This document shows positions 37,408 through 47,992 of a DNA stretch of 64,000 nt, piece after piece. Within the stretch, counting starts at the first letter, position 1, and every line of letters starts with the position of its first letter. Origin of the DNA: a virus; the IMG/VR virus record IMGVR_UViG_3300042945_001784, positions 1 through 64,000 of that record. One strand, given 5' to 3'. The notes below the pieces were generated by a model. That model was not told the DNA's origin and did no database searches. It saw only the letters and a list, made by a program, of their open reading frames with translations. The position numbers and the translations under genes are program-made.

Positions 37408-38328
37408 GTGCCTGCTGTACTGGATGAAATTTGTGCAGACGTTCGCTTAATAGAAGAACTAGAGCGCAAGATTTATACGCCGTACTCTAAAACTGCATCG
37501 TATGAGCAGTTCTTGGATTACCGTTCAGAAGGGGATACCCGTGTAGAAATTAACGGTAGTCGCCACTACAAAACTCCTTACGGTGCGCTTCCCTCTGTTA
37601 CCACAATCCTCTCAGCAACTGGTGGTAACAAGGCAGCATTAGAGCGGTGGGCAAAAAAGAATCCAGGTGGACGAGAAGCAGCAGCTGCACGTGGTACCCG
37701 TGTTCACTCTTTAATGGAGGAGTATCTTCTTGGTATCAACAAGAATCCGCAGATTGATGATGAAGAGATTTATGACTTCTGGAAAGAGCTTCCTGAGAAA
37801 CTTGACAAGCTGGAACGGGTGGTCTGGGCTGAAAACCCTGCCAATCCTAATGATTTTGCTTGGACGATGGGTGGTGATGGTATCTCCCGAGTCTGGCATC
37901 CAGGTGTTCACGAGAGCGAAACATGGGGTTGGGCTGGTGCTCCTGACATCGTGGCAGAGTACAAAGGAAAAGTGGTTCTTGGTGACCTTAAAACCAGTAA
38001 TGGCCTGTATTTCAGTAAGTGGCCAGGACCTGAAACCTTGAAAAGCGAGTACGGAATGAAACGTGCTGGTTTCATGAAGTATCAGAAGTGCATGATGCAG
38101 ATGGGTGCTTATGCCATGGCACTAGAGCACACCGTTGGAATTGTTCCTGAGATCATGATGATCTTTGTTGCAACACGGGAACGGTCCCAAGTGTTTGCTG
38201 TACAGGGCGGCACCATTGAAAAGTACAAGAACAAGTGGCTGGATGCTGTAAATAAGTATTATTCTGAGATTCTGCCGTCTCTTAATAAGACTGAGATTGA
38301 TATGGATGTGGTGGACGGCGACGCCTAA
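37408..38328 (+). CDS. PD-(D/E)XK exonuclease
   Basis: PSVTTIL, RGTRVH, AGAPD...GDLKTS, QMGAY. Confidence 0.9.
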   Translation: MPAVLDEICADVRLIEELERKIYTPYSKTASYEQFLDYRSEGDTRVEINGSRHYKTPYGALPSVTTILSATGGNKAALERWAKKNPGGREAAAARGTRVHSLMEEYLLGINKNPQIDDEEIYDFWKELPEKLDKLERVVWAENPANPNDFAWTMGGDGISRVWHPGVHESETWGWAGAPDIVAEYKGKVVLGDLKTSNGLYFSKWPGPETLKSEYGMKRAGFMKYQKCMMQMGAYAMALEHTVGIVPEIMMIFVATRERSQVFAVQGGTIEKYKNKWLDAVNKYYSEILPSLNKTEIDMDVVDGDA

Positions 38329-38447
38329 GTGCAGGTGTCTGCCCCGTAAATTAAAGATACGAAGAAAAACGGTGGACCTCTGGGCACTCCTGTCAAGTCC
38401 CGCTACGCTGGTTCCGTCGTCTTCTCCCTGATCCGCAATAAAACAAC

Positions 38448-41063
38448 GTGACGACCGCTACTCCAGAACCCAAGCCCCCTCATAAGCATCTGTCTCCAGG
38501 GCAGATCAATCTTGATCTGATTCCTGCGGATTTTCCCCTTACTCCGTTGCAAGGGAAGAAAGCTTATCTTCCGGGCTGGACTAGCGATCCAAAAACAATT
38601 GGTGAAATCCGTAAAGAATTAGAAGAGGGACGTGCAACTGGGGTTGGTCTCCTTTGTGGACAATGGAGTAATGACCTTGCTCTGATCTTTGTTGATGTGG
38701 ATGGGGAAGATGCAATCCCCGTCATCGAAGAGCTAGGTGGTGGTCCAATTAATGAGATTTTTCCTCCCACACTGACGATTACCAGTGGGAAACCGGGGAA
38801 GTTTCGTATGTTGTTCCGGGTACCGCCAGAGCGTATCCAACAACTACCCGATAAAGCCACTATCAAAGTTGATAAGGCGCCATGGGAAATCCTTTGGAGG
38901 TCTCGGCAAGGTGCATTGATGGGTGCACACCCTGATACTGCTGGTTATTCCACAACACCACACGGTGGTTTTGAGTATGCCAAGCGGTTACCAGAAATGC
39001 CAGAGTGGCTCTATGAAGCCATTGCTCGGGCTTATCCCAGCAGCCGCTACCGAAAACGTACTTCTCCTGTTGGTGCTGTTGTAACTCAGAGCATTACTCT
39101 TAATTACGACACAGATTCCAAATACCATCAGGAAACTGTTGTTGCAGAAGCACTTGAGTACCTCTCTGCACTATCAGAAGAACGGGCTGATGACTACGAA
39201 GAATGGCTTGCTGTTGGCATGTCTCTTCATCAGATTGATGAGTGCTTACTGGAAGCATGGATTGAATGGTCTTCTCAGTCCGATCAATTTGAAGATGGTG
39301 CCTGTGAACGTAAGTGGTCTAGCTTTGAACGTCTTCCTGGTGGTCCAAACCCTGAGGGTGCCAGGGGTCTGAAGACGCTTCGGGCTAAAGCAAAAGAAGA
39401 TGGTTACATTGATATGGGAGGATTTGTTGTTCCTTCCATTGATACCATCAAAAAACGTGCTGCCATGGATAACGATGGCACCGTTGAACACGATGAAAGC
39501 AATCTATTTGCTGAGTTGTTTGGTGGCATTGAGCTGCCAGAAGACCTTTTTGGTGATGACGGTGAACTAGAACTGGTACGGATTCCTGGTCAACCGTCTC
39601 TCCCCAGTGGTAAAAAGCAGAAGGGAGCAACGCGTAACCCACCTGCTTCTGAGATTGCCAATTTTATCTCGCCAATGTTTAACAAAAATGGTTGGCGATA
39701 CGACCCTAGATTTGATAGGTTTATGAAGTATGACCGCCAACGCGGTGTATGGAATGAGCAAGATCATACGAAGGATTTTAAGCATGAGGTCCAGTTTGTC
39801 CTCGGAAACACTTCTCTCCCTGGCGGGTACACTTCTCATCTCGTTAATGATGTGTGTGCTCTGCTGGAGGGGCACCTCACCGAATACCAGTGGAATGACG
39901 ATCCCTCCCGTCTTGCATTCCGTAACGGTGTCTACGATCTGGACACCAAAGAATTTTTAGAACACACTCCAGATCACTTCATTATCTGGGGTCTTGATAT
40001 TGATTACATCCCAGAAGCTGATCCCGGTCCCATTACCGAGTGGCTTTATCGCACTCAATATGGTGATGAGGCCAGGGTTAATGTGCTGCGGGCATGGCTC
40101 CGTGCTTGTTTGGTGGGGCGCGGTAATGAAATTCAACGTTTCTTTGAAGTAATTGGTCCAGGTGGTCGAGGTAAATCCACCTTTGCCAACCTCTGCTGCG
40201 CTCTGGTTGGTAGTGGGAACTACGCTAGCACCACCCTCAACCAGTTGGAGCAAAGCCGCTTTGAGCTGTCCTCCATCAAGGGCAAGCGCCTGACACTGAT
40301 CAATGACTCGGAGCGGTATGGTGGTTCTGCTCAGACCTTCAAGGCACTGACCGGTGGTGACTCCCTTCGTTATGAAGAAAAGCTCAAGCCCATCGGTGAA
40401 CCGTTTGTGTACACCGGCATGGTCATGGTAGTAGCTAATGAACCTATTCAGACCACCGATAACACCAGTGGTTTAAGCCGCCGTCGCTTAACAATTGAGT
40501 TCAATAGGCCCTTATATGACCGCAATAGTGAAGCCAAAGACATGATCAAGATTGAACATGGTCGGGTTTCAGGTCTTTGGAAGGACTATCTGCCAGGTCT
40601 TGTGAACTGGGTGCTGGAGATGGATGAACAAACCATGCGTCAGTACCTGCTAGATACTAATGAAATGGTGCCAGCACTGCGCCGTGTTCGTAATAACATC
40701 CTGCTTAACAGCAATAACCTAATTGAATGGCTGCAATCAGAAGTGGTTCAGGCTGATCACGTTACTGCTGTTGGTAAAAAAATTCCAAACGGCAATAAAG
40801 AAACCAATGAACGGTATGTCAACAGTAATTATCACCTGTATCCCAGTTACTGTGAATACTGTGATGCCACAGGATCTAAAGCTGTAGGTCAGAAACGATT
40901 TATTAACCTGCTGCTTGATTGCTGCAAAAACCAACTGGGATTGGATGACGTGCGGACCTTTAGCAAAGGTGGTAAACCCTTTGTCAAAGGACTTGCTATC
41001 CGTAACTCTGATCAGAAATTTAAAGATCTACCGACTATTCTTCCTGAAGGCAAAGAGGATTAA
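38448..41063 (+). CDS. Prim-Pol / PriCT-2 / D5-like SF3 primase-helicase
   Basis: FVDVD primase motif; YEEWLAVGMSL; FRNGVYDL; Walker A GPGGRGKST. Confidence 0.93.
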   Translation: MTTATPEPKPPHKHLSPGQINLDLIPADFPLTPLQGKKAYLPGWTSDPKTIGEIRKELEEGRATGVGLLCGQWSNDLALIFVDVDGEDAIPVIEELGGGPINEIFPPTLTITSGKPGKFRMLFRVPPERIQQLPDKATIKVDKAPWEILWRSRQGALMGAHPDTAGYSTTPHGGFEYAKRLPEMPEWLYEAIARAYPSSRYRKRTSPVGAVVTQSITLNYDTDSKYHQETVVAEALEYLSALSEERADDYEEWLAVGMSLHQIDECLLEAWIEWSSQSDQFEDGACERKWSSFERLPGGPNPEGARGLKTLRAKAKEDGYIDMGGFVVPSIDTIKKRAAMDNDGTVEHDESNLFAELFGGIELPEDLFGDDGELELVRIPGQPSLPSGKKQKGATRNPPASEIANFISPMFNKNGWRYDPRFDRFMKYDRQRGVWNEQDHTKDFKHEVQFVLGNTSLPGGYTSHLVNDVCALLEGHLTEYQWNDDPSRLAFRNGVYDLDTKEFLEHTPDHFIIWGLDIDYIPEADPGPITEWLYRTQYGDEARVNVLRAWLRACLVGRGNEIQRFFEVIGPGGRGKSTFANLCCALVGSGNYASTTLNQLEQSRFELSSIKGKRLTLINDSERYGGSAQTFKALTGGDSLRYEEKLKPIGEPFVYTGMVMVVANEPIQTTDNTSGLSRRRLTIEFNRPLYDRNSEAKDMIKIEHGRVSGLWKDYLPGLVNWVLEMDEQTMRQYLLDTNEMVPALRRVRNNILLNSNNLIEWLQSEVVQADHVTAVGKKIPNGNKETNERYVNSNYHLYPSYCEYCDATGSKAVGQKRFINLLLDCCKNQLGLDDVRTFSKGGKPFVKGLAIRNSDQKFKDLPTILPEGKED

Positions 41064-41217
41064 TCCTTTTTGCACTTACAGGTGTCGCACTTCTTACACC
41101 AGGTTTTGTCGCCAGGAATGACTTCGGTTCCGTAATCGAAGTCATCATAATCTGGTTGGTTGCGGAGCCAACGTGCAAACTCCTCAATGTATTTCTTGAT
41201 GAGTTGTGTTGGCATGA

Positions 41218-41541
41218 TCAAAGAAAACTGGGTAGTTGAGGTCCTTTGGGACCGGTAGGTCTAGGAGGCATCAACGGTTTAAAACCACGCTCCATTAATT
41301 GATCCATGTAAGGAGAATCAATATGGGGAGTTTTAAGGATCGCATTAGGCGGAGAGTAGCGAATTGTACGAGACACTAAAGGACCACCTTGTTCTTGTTC
41401 ATATTCCTGACGTACTCCTAAATCTGGAATACCTTCACCGGCTTGGCTGTAGTCTTGCATACCACTAACGTACTGCTGCAAAAAACCAATGGTGTTTTTG
41501 TCCCCACCTAATTTCGTGGGGAAATCACTGTCCATCATCAT
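41218..41541 (-). CDS. Hypothetical protein
   Basis: ORF; FLQQYV motif. Confidence 0.6.
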   Translation of the reverse strand: MMMDSDFPTKLGGDKNTIGFLQQYVSGMQDYSQAGEGIPDLGVRQEYEQEQGGPLVSRTIRYSPPNAILKTPHIDSPYMDQLMERGFKPLMPPRPTGPKGPQLPSFL

Positions 41542-41543
41542 GA

Positions 41544-42428
41544 TTAGATCAGCCCCAGGCGGAAGGCACGGGTCAGGTTCTGTGCTCGCTCACTTGCACT
41601 AGCGCCTGCTGTCGTTGCTTTGTCAGCTTGAGCAGCAGTTGCTTCTTGCTGTGCTGCTTGAGCTGCTAACGGGTTCAAGGTTTCCATGGTTGGACCCATC
41701 TCACCTTGAGCACGGGTACCAAAATCACCCATCTGGTACTCCTCTACCGGAGCAAACGTAGCTGCATAACCCTTGGTATCTGGGAATGTTGCAGCCAGTA
41801 ACGGGTTAAAGGCACCAATAGCACCACCAGCTTGAGCCATTGGAGTCTTGCCGTACTTCTCCATCCAGATCTTCATGCCAAGATCTTCTGCTTCTTCTTG
41901 CTTCTTCTGATTGATCAGGTTTTGGTACTGCGCCATCTGCGACTTGTACTCATCACCTTGTGAATAATCAACAGTACCAGCAGGAGTTAATCCTTTAACA
42001 ATCGCAGTAGGTTGGACAGTTCCAGCTGGAATCGTTGTTGGCTTTTCAGGTACAACAAACGGTTCTGTTTTGCTGCCTGGAGGCATTACACGGCCAAGAA
42101 GAGATTGATCTGCTTCAATTGCGTCTAACTCTTGAGCATTTGCACCACGAGCAAGTTTGTTAAATAAATTTCCAGCCTGCTGTAAACCATATTGCAAACC
42201 AGTTTCAGGTCGCCCTGGAACACCAGCTAAACCTGCTAACTGTTTCATACCATATTCCAAACCACTTTGTTGATTGCGGTCAGGACGAACACCCAACAAA
42301 CTCAATCCATATTCATAACCAGTCTGCGGCTGATTGGCTGCAGCAAGAGCAGCAGAATAATCTTTATATAGTTTTCCATCATCACCTTTATAGTAAGTTT
42401 TACCACTGCGTTTAACGTACTGGCCCAC
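41544..42428 (-). CDS. Ala/Gln-rich protein, possible internal virion protein
   Basis: Three short repeats (T/S)G(Y/L)(E/Q)YG; low complexity. Confidence 0.65.
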   Translation of the reverse strand: MGQYVKRSGKTYYKGDDGKLYKDYSAALAAANQPQTGYEYGLSLLGVRPDRNQQSGLEYGMKQLAGLAGVPGRPETGLQYGLQQAGNLFNKLARGANAQELDAIEADQSLLGRVMPPGSKTEPFVVPEKPTTIPAGTVQPTAIVKGLTPAGTVDYSQGDEYKSQMAQYQNLINQKKQEEAEDLGMKIWMEKYGKTPMAQAGGAIGAFNPLLAATFPDTKGYAATFAPVEEYQMGDFGTRAQGEMGPTMETLNPLAAQAAQQEATAAQADKATTAGASASERAQNLTRAFRLGLI

Positions 42429-42482
42429 GGCAATAAAGAAATCCTTTCTTACAATAGTAACACCGGGACACAGGATCTATCA

Positions 42483-42671
42483 ATGCAAATTATTCAAACC
42501 TTTCCAAAGGGTACGACTATTGAATTAGGTGAAGATTCTCATGGCAATCAAGTTCATCGTGTCTGTACTGCTGGTGGCTCAATGTGTCGTTTTGTTGAAC
42601 CTTATCATTGTGCGTTAGTCTATGCAGAACAATTTGAAGAGTGGTATTCACATAGGCCAGAACAACCGTAA
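42483..42671 (+). CDS. Hypothetical protein
   Basis: 62-aa ORF. Confidence 0.55.
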   Translation: MQIIQTFPKGTTIELGEDSHGNQVHRVCTAGGSMCRFVEPYHCALVYAEQFEEWYSHRPEQP

Positions 42672-42720
42672 TTTTTGCTGACATTGAAATTAGGGAGAAC
42701 AACTGTACTGTTTCTAGATC

Positions 42721-42964
42721 CTCCAGATCCGCTGCCGCCAGGGGCTTCTCTGGAGCTGTTCTGCGAACGGACGTTTTCATGTGTTATTTCCGGTATTTAC
42801 TACGGGATGAGTTTTTAGCTGTTCTCAAGTGTCCGTCATAAGGACGCGTACTTGGAACGGACGCATTAGAACAGCTAGCTACTACTCTCTAAGAATATTT
42901 AGGGTTTTAAGAGCAAAAGCATCCGTTCGTTTGGCAATCTTTAAAACCCCTTGACTCGCAAGGG
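42721..42964. repeat. Non-coding region with nested inverted and direct repeats
   Basis: AGCTGTTCT twice plus an inverted copy; GAACGGA twice plus an inverted copy; GGGTTTTAA/TTAAAACCC. Confidence 0.65.
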
Positions 42965-43006
42965 ATCTGACCCTATCCTAAAGGTGTCCCTAAAACCTCC
43001 CCTACT

Positions 43007-43513
43007 GTGGATTACCTGCAGTTTTTTAGAGATGAGTACCTAACAGAACAAGACCTCGTTGCTTTTGCTACTACTCTCAAGCTGTGTCAAGATGGAATCG
43101 GATTGAGTCCGTGTTGGTGCCTGAAAAAACTGGACCACCCTGGCCTGAAACACTTCTCTACGTCCCACCGATTCAGGCCACAGTTCAAGGGACGGGATGC
43201 CCGAGTGCTGGCGATGGCCCTTGTGAATCAGTTCATGCCAGAGGAGGGAGCGGTCGTTGTGCGGCGGCACATCTGCAAATCACAGCACTGCATCAACCCG
43301 TCCCACTACTACTTCGGCACACTGAAGGATGTGAAGCTGGAGCACGCCAAAAGAAAAGGAGTTGACATCAGCCCAGTGGTGGTGACAGAAATACGGTCTA
43401 AGCGTGAGTCTGATAAGACCACGTGGACGTATCAGAAGCTGGGCAAGTTCTACAAACTCCCCTACCATGTCATCAGACGCATCTGCACGGAGAACGCTTA
43501 CGCCAATGGCTGA
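43007..43513 (+). CDS. HNH/His-Cys-box-like zinc-binding protein with HTH tail
   Basis: VVRRHICKSQHCINPSHY; C-terminal YQKLGKFYKLPYHVIRRI. Confidence 0.7.
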   Translation: MDYLQFFRDEYLTEQDLVAFATTLKLCQDGIGLSPCWCLKKLDHPGLKHFSTSHRFRPQFKGRDARVLAMALVNQFMPEEGAVVVRRHICKSQHCINPSHYYFGTLKDVKLEHAKRKGVDISPVVVTEIRSKRESDKTTWTYQKLGKFYKLPYHVIRRICTENAYANG

Positions 43514-44117
43514 CCTTGATGGCATCCTTAGTCAAAACCTGGATTCAATCCTGAAGCCAGATAACAAGTTTGAAAACCAGGTCAAGAAGATCCATCAGGA
43601 GACCGCTAACAAGTACTGCCTATGGCACCGCAACGGAGAGCCCACCCATTGGAACAACTTTGGACTCATGGGAGAATGCCGAGATTGCTTAGCAGAGATC
43701 CAGAGGGGGCGCTGCACTGTTGATGTTTGTAACTTTGAACTGGATACCTACTGGACTGTTCGTAACTTTTGGTTAAAGGTAGACATCAAAGGACCAGATG
43801 AGTGCTGGCCGTGGATGGGAGCAACGCGCCGTAACAACCAAGAGACCGTTGCATACATGCCAAGCCCTTTCCATTCCGCTAAAACACAGTCTGCCTCCAG
43901 GGTTGCATTCTGGTTATCCCGTGGCTACACAGGGAAATATCGTGTGTTCCACCAAGAAGGTTGTGATGTTCTGTGCTGTAACCCCTTACATCTGCGTATA
44001 AAGGAGTTAGCATCAGTACCTGAACCAACTGAAATCACAACCATAAATCTGAGCTATGGCAACATCTTTGACCGAGCAAAAACCAATGCAGAAGCGGAGT
44101 CAAGTACTCCCGAGTAA
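43506..44117 (+). CDS. HNH/His-Cys-box-like zinc-binding protein
   Basis: FWLKVDIKGPDECWPWMG...ASRVAF...HQEGCDVLCCNPLHL. Confidence 0.75.
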   Translation: MADLDGILSQNLDSILKPDNKFENQVKKIHQETANKYCLWHRNGEPTHWNNFGLMGECRDCLAEIQRGRCTVDVCNFELDTYWTVRNFWLKVDIKGPDECWPWMGATRRNNQETVAYMPSPFHSAKTQSASRVAFWLSRGYTGKYRVFHQEGCDVLCCNPLHLRIKELASVPEPTEITTINLSYGNIFDRAKTNAEAESSTPE

Positions 44118-45043
44118 TTTCCACCAAGAAGAAAAGCAGTACGCAGGCTTCATCACCATTGGTGGAGAAGCACATGTCACTGCTTGGTTTGAAACCAAGG
44201 AGGAAGCTGAGTTGGAGTTGCGTTGTCTGGAGAAATCCCTAAGCTATGAACTGATTGAAACAGTGGAGATGGAAGGGATGTATCCAGAACGCGCTAGAAT
44301 CATTGAAGAATTGTATCAAGCCAGTGGCCGTACCAACGGTTTATACACAGGCTTAAACATGTCTGATGTCAAGATTTCTAGCAACGCTGCCAGTTAACCT
44401 GGGTTTTGTTAACTTAGGAACAGTCGAATCCTATCCAACTGGAGGCACAGGTCCTACTGCTTATGGTCCTACATCGTACTACGGCAGTGATCCATTGCCT
44501 CCACGCTTGGGAGATTCTATTAATAACCCTGTTAATTTGGGGAATCTCACGGCTATATATCGCACGATAAACATTTCTAATTCTCACGGTGGATTAAGTC
44601 GGCAACAAAGTACATTTTATTCTTTCAACTTAATTACATCACGATCTATTAAAGTTACTCAAAACTATAGTCAGTTTGCTACTACACAGCAGACTAATCG
44701 TAATACTCTGATATCTTTTTATAAAGTAGAAGATGGCAATCATCGTCGTGAATTGCCTATTAATGATCAGGGTTATGTTGTTGAAGAAGCATCAGTAGAA
44801 AATGGTGACCAAGAAAATCCAAATGTATGGTCAGACTATCCACCAGTACAACTTTCTAAAGGAACGTATATCTTTCTAATTACCAATGATATTCGTTATC
44901 TAGAAACAACTTACTCTATTTCTCTAGAAGCTTTTATTTCAGATTGGAGATTTGTTGCAGAATTTGTTGAAGAATCATTAGATTTTGGTACTGTAACACA
45001 ACCTGTGCAAGCAACTTTGGACTTTGGATCGGTTACAAGTTGA
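44086..45043 (+). other. Two hypothetical CDS (44086-44397; 44366-45043 beta-rich, structural type)
   Basis: ORF track; LDFG.VT repeats in the second. Confidence 0.6.
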
Positions 45044-45088
45044 TTGTCCTGAGGAATCTGCTAATCTAAATACAGTTACCTAGGTATC

Positions 45089-45292
45089 ATGAAGACAGTT
45101 ACCCTCAAAGAATTTGAGAATAACTTTGATGTTTTCATGGATGACATTATTGAAAATGGTCGTCACTATAAAATTACCTATGGTGACAACAAAGCTGTCA
45201 TGATGATTCCTTATGCTGAATATGAACTACTTCTAGATACTTATAAAGATTGGGTAGAAGAAACTAAAGATTCTATAGAAGAAACTTTTTAA
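45089..45292 (+). CDS. Phd/YefM antitoxin-like protein
   Basis: MKTVTLKEFENNF..FMD.I.......IT......VMMIPY.EYE.L. Confidence 0.75.
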   Translation: MKTVTLKEFENNFDVFMDDIIENGRHYKITYGDNKAVMMIPYAEYELLLDTYKDWVEETKDSIEETF

Positions 45293-45735
45293 TTATCTCC
45301 TGTTCTATCGTAGTATGTAGGACTATTAAATTTATTGCTAATATATCTTGGCTCTGATCTCTTAATAGCTTCATTATAAACTTCTCTACTATCCTCGTTT
45401 TTATTTTCTTCTTTCTCTTCGGAAGTTTTAAACATTCCGCTTGTTTTTGCAGCTTGAACCAAACCAGATAAATCGTAGGGCTCTTCAACTTTACCCGGTT
45501 GAATAGTCCTGCCAGCATTTGTTACCATCGGGCTATACGTTGGTGTACGTCCATAAGATGCCATTGTTCGATTAACCATATCTTGATATGTGCTTCTTTC
45601 TTGTAAAGCTCTTTGACCGTAGTACCCAGCTATATCTCCTAGTTTTGTCAAGTATTCAGGAGACGCCCACTCCCGGACTATGACTGGATCTGGATTTTTA
45701 ATAGTCGTTGTGGTTGTAGGAGCACGTGAGCCCAT
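45289..45735 (-). CDS. Hypothetical protein
   Basis: ORF. Confidence 0.6.
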   Translation of the reverse strand: MGSRAPTTTTTIKNPDPVIVREWASPEYLTKLGDIAGYYGQRALQERSTYQDMVNRTMASYGRTPTYSPMVTNAGRTIQPGKVEEPYDLSGLVQAAKTSGMFKTSEEKEENKNEDSREVYNEAIKRSEPRYISNKFNSPTYYDRTGDN

Positions 45736-45795
45736 TGCAAACTTTTACTTCAGCTTGACTTCTATACTTACTCTATCGGCAATAAACCTGTAAGC

Positions 45796-47044
45796 ATGGG
45801 GCACCAGCTGAAAACCTGCAATGACCAGGGCAAAGATCAAGATCAGCTCAGCGTAGGTAATGGGTCGTTTCATAGGTACAGTCCTTTTACTGAGGATTTT
45901 AAAGAGTTGCTCAAGGCAATGTCCACTAAGACGATGTTATCACTAATGTCAACCCAACAGAAAAACTTTGCAAACTCTTTATGGGAAGCTTCTAACTTTG
46001 GTGGTAGGCCCAAGCCAGGAGACCTAAAGCACGTGGAACCTAAACGAGATTACTATGAGTTAGTTCTGATGATGGAACATCAACGACAGTGGGAGGAGAA
46101 GCAGCGTTATTGCAGGCAGGCAAAAAGTTGTTAAGCTGTAGCAAAACAACCTTTATAAATGAGCTATCGCTTTGCCGACCTTGATATTGATCTTGTAACT
46201 ACAGACAACTATAAAGAAATCTTGAAACCTTCTTTAGCGGAACAGGTAACACCTTTTATGCCGCCAGAAGGAAGTTTTGAAACAGCAGATCTTAAACGAT
46301 ATTTGGAACTGGTTAAGAGCTATGAGGTAAATACGACTGATCTAATTCACGGCTTATCACTGGCTGATCAAATCAGGATTACATTCAGTGATATGAAACC
46401 GGCAACAATCTGTGAAAAGTTTCCCGACATTGACTTGGCAACAAAACGGCGATATCGTTGTGTAGCTGAATATCTTATACGCCAGCAGGAGTTAGCTAAA
46501 CTCAAAGACGAGAATGGCAAACTCATTAAGAAACTAGGCAACATGGGAAAGATGGTTGTCATCTATGAACCATTGCCTAAAATCTGCAAAACCCTACAAC
46601 AAACCGGACTCGGACAATTTATTAAAGATGAGCGACAGGCGGCAAAGGTTAATCAACGGTCTCCTCTCAACAGCCAAAACTGGTGGGGAGAAGAAGATGG
46701 CACAACTTGTGATCGAGAGGATCTGTGCTGATATGTGTGACTTCTATGAGAAGTTTTACGCTAATGAAGGTCCCGGCGCCATGGTGTATGTGCCTGGCAC
46801 AAAAAACCCAGAGGACTCAATGTTCTATCTGACAGTTCCAGCATTGATTCAGGCTCAGTCTGATTTTCGCTCCAGAGAAATGGAAGGTCCTGCTGAAATC
46901 ATGCAAAAAGCTATTGCCCGTGCAGAAGCTGTTGATCCAGCAAAAGAAGGTGTCTTCATTCTTCAAGATGCAAAACAAATGTCACTGATCTGTTACAAAC
47001 GCGATCAACCATTGCCGTTTGCAGAGCTGCCAGAAGATGCATAG
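45796..47044 (+). other. Three hypothetical CDS (45796-46134, 46159-46731, 46628-47044)
   Basis: ORF track. Confidence 0.6.
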
Positions 47045-47663
47045 GCAAAGAGCTACAACAAATAGCCATTTTGAAAAGCTCTATCGCATTTACAGATTAG
47101 AAGATGATTGGTGTACACCACCAGAATATCTTCCTCTGATCTATCACACGTTAGGAACAGTTGATCTTGATCCTGGATCAACAGAACATGCTAATAATGA
47201 GTTCTTAAAAGCAGATACCATCTTTACAAAAAAAGATGATGCATTAAACAGGACAGATCCATGGCGCGGAAACGTTTATTGTTTCCCACCTACCTACGGT
47301 CGGTGCTCGTTTAACAAGCACAGGGGCAGCTGGCGCTGGTCTCTACGTGGCGGCTTTGGTGCACAGAGCCCTTCAACGGCTTGGTTTCGTCGTTTAGAGA
47401 AGGACTGGAAGCTGGGTTACGTTAATGCTGCTTTGTTCTTTACGGTGACTCCAGAGGTGATGCGAACAGCGCCACAGATTTGGGATTATCCAATCTGCAT
47501 TCCTTCCAGGCGTCCCAAATTACTCCACGGCAAGACCTTTTATCAGATTGAAAACTTTCCTAAGTGGGGATTCTTTGTATTTCTTCCACCAAAAGAAGGT
47601 GGTTTTAATCGTCTTGATAAATTTGAAGAAGCTTTCTCAACGCTTGGGAAGGTTGTACTGTGA
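47037..47663 (+). CDS. Phage Dam-family adenine methyltransferase-like protein with altered catalytic motif
   Basis: DDWCTPP...VDLDPGS...DAL...W.GNVYCFPPTYG. Confidence 0.7.
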   Translation: MHRQRATTNSHFEKLYRIYRLEDDWCTPPEYLPLIYHTLGTVDLDPGSTEHANNEFLKADTIFTKKDDALNRTDPWRGNVYCFPPTYGRCSFNKHRGSWRWSLRGGFGAQSPSTAWFRRLEKDWKLGYVNAALFFTVTPEVMRTAPQIWDYPICIPSRRPKLLHGKTFYQIENFPKWGFFVFLPPKEGGFNRLDKFEEAFSTLGKVVL

Positions 47664-47664
47664 A

Positions 47665-47961
47665 CTAAGACGGTGTAGCGCGAAAGGTATTACGGAAACC
47701 AATAGAGCTGTCAGTGTTACCGAGACTGGCAGCACCACGTGGCTCGTAAGGGAGCGCAACGATAGGAACAGTACCACCTTGTGCAGGGAAAATAAAGCGG
47801 TCATCCTGGCGGCGTTCTAATGTAATAGGAAGTTTACTTGCAGAACGTCTTGCGTCCAGGTAATTCTGCAGAAAATTTAAAGCCTGATTGTTATCAGGTA
47901 TTTCTTTTGCTTCTTGATAGCGACTGTCAACCTTATAGGATTGACTCTTTTCAAATGCCAT
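47665..47961 (-). CDS. Hypothetical protein
   Basis: ORF; FLQNYL motif. Confidence 0.6.
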   Translation of the reverse strand: MAFEKSQSYKVDSRYQEAKEIPDNNQALNFLQNYLDARRSASKLPITLERRQDDRFIFPAQGGTVPIVALPYEPRGAASLGNTDSSIGFRNTFRATPS

Positions 47962-47992
47962 TCTATTATTCTGCCAGCACTAAACGTTAACC

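Noticed and set aside
37408-38328. Cas4 as part of a CRISPR system
   Set aside because: It lacks the Fe-S cysteine cluster and any cas context; it fits a stand-alone phage exonuclease beside the primase.
768-42968. Loose AAACCC...CAA(G/T)GG motif at about 768, 11086 and 42944
   Set aside because: Too degenerate over three copies to support by eye.
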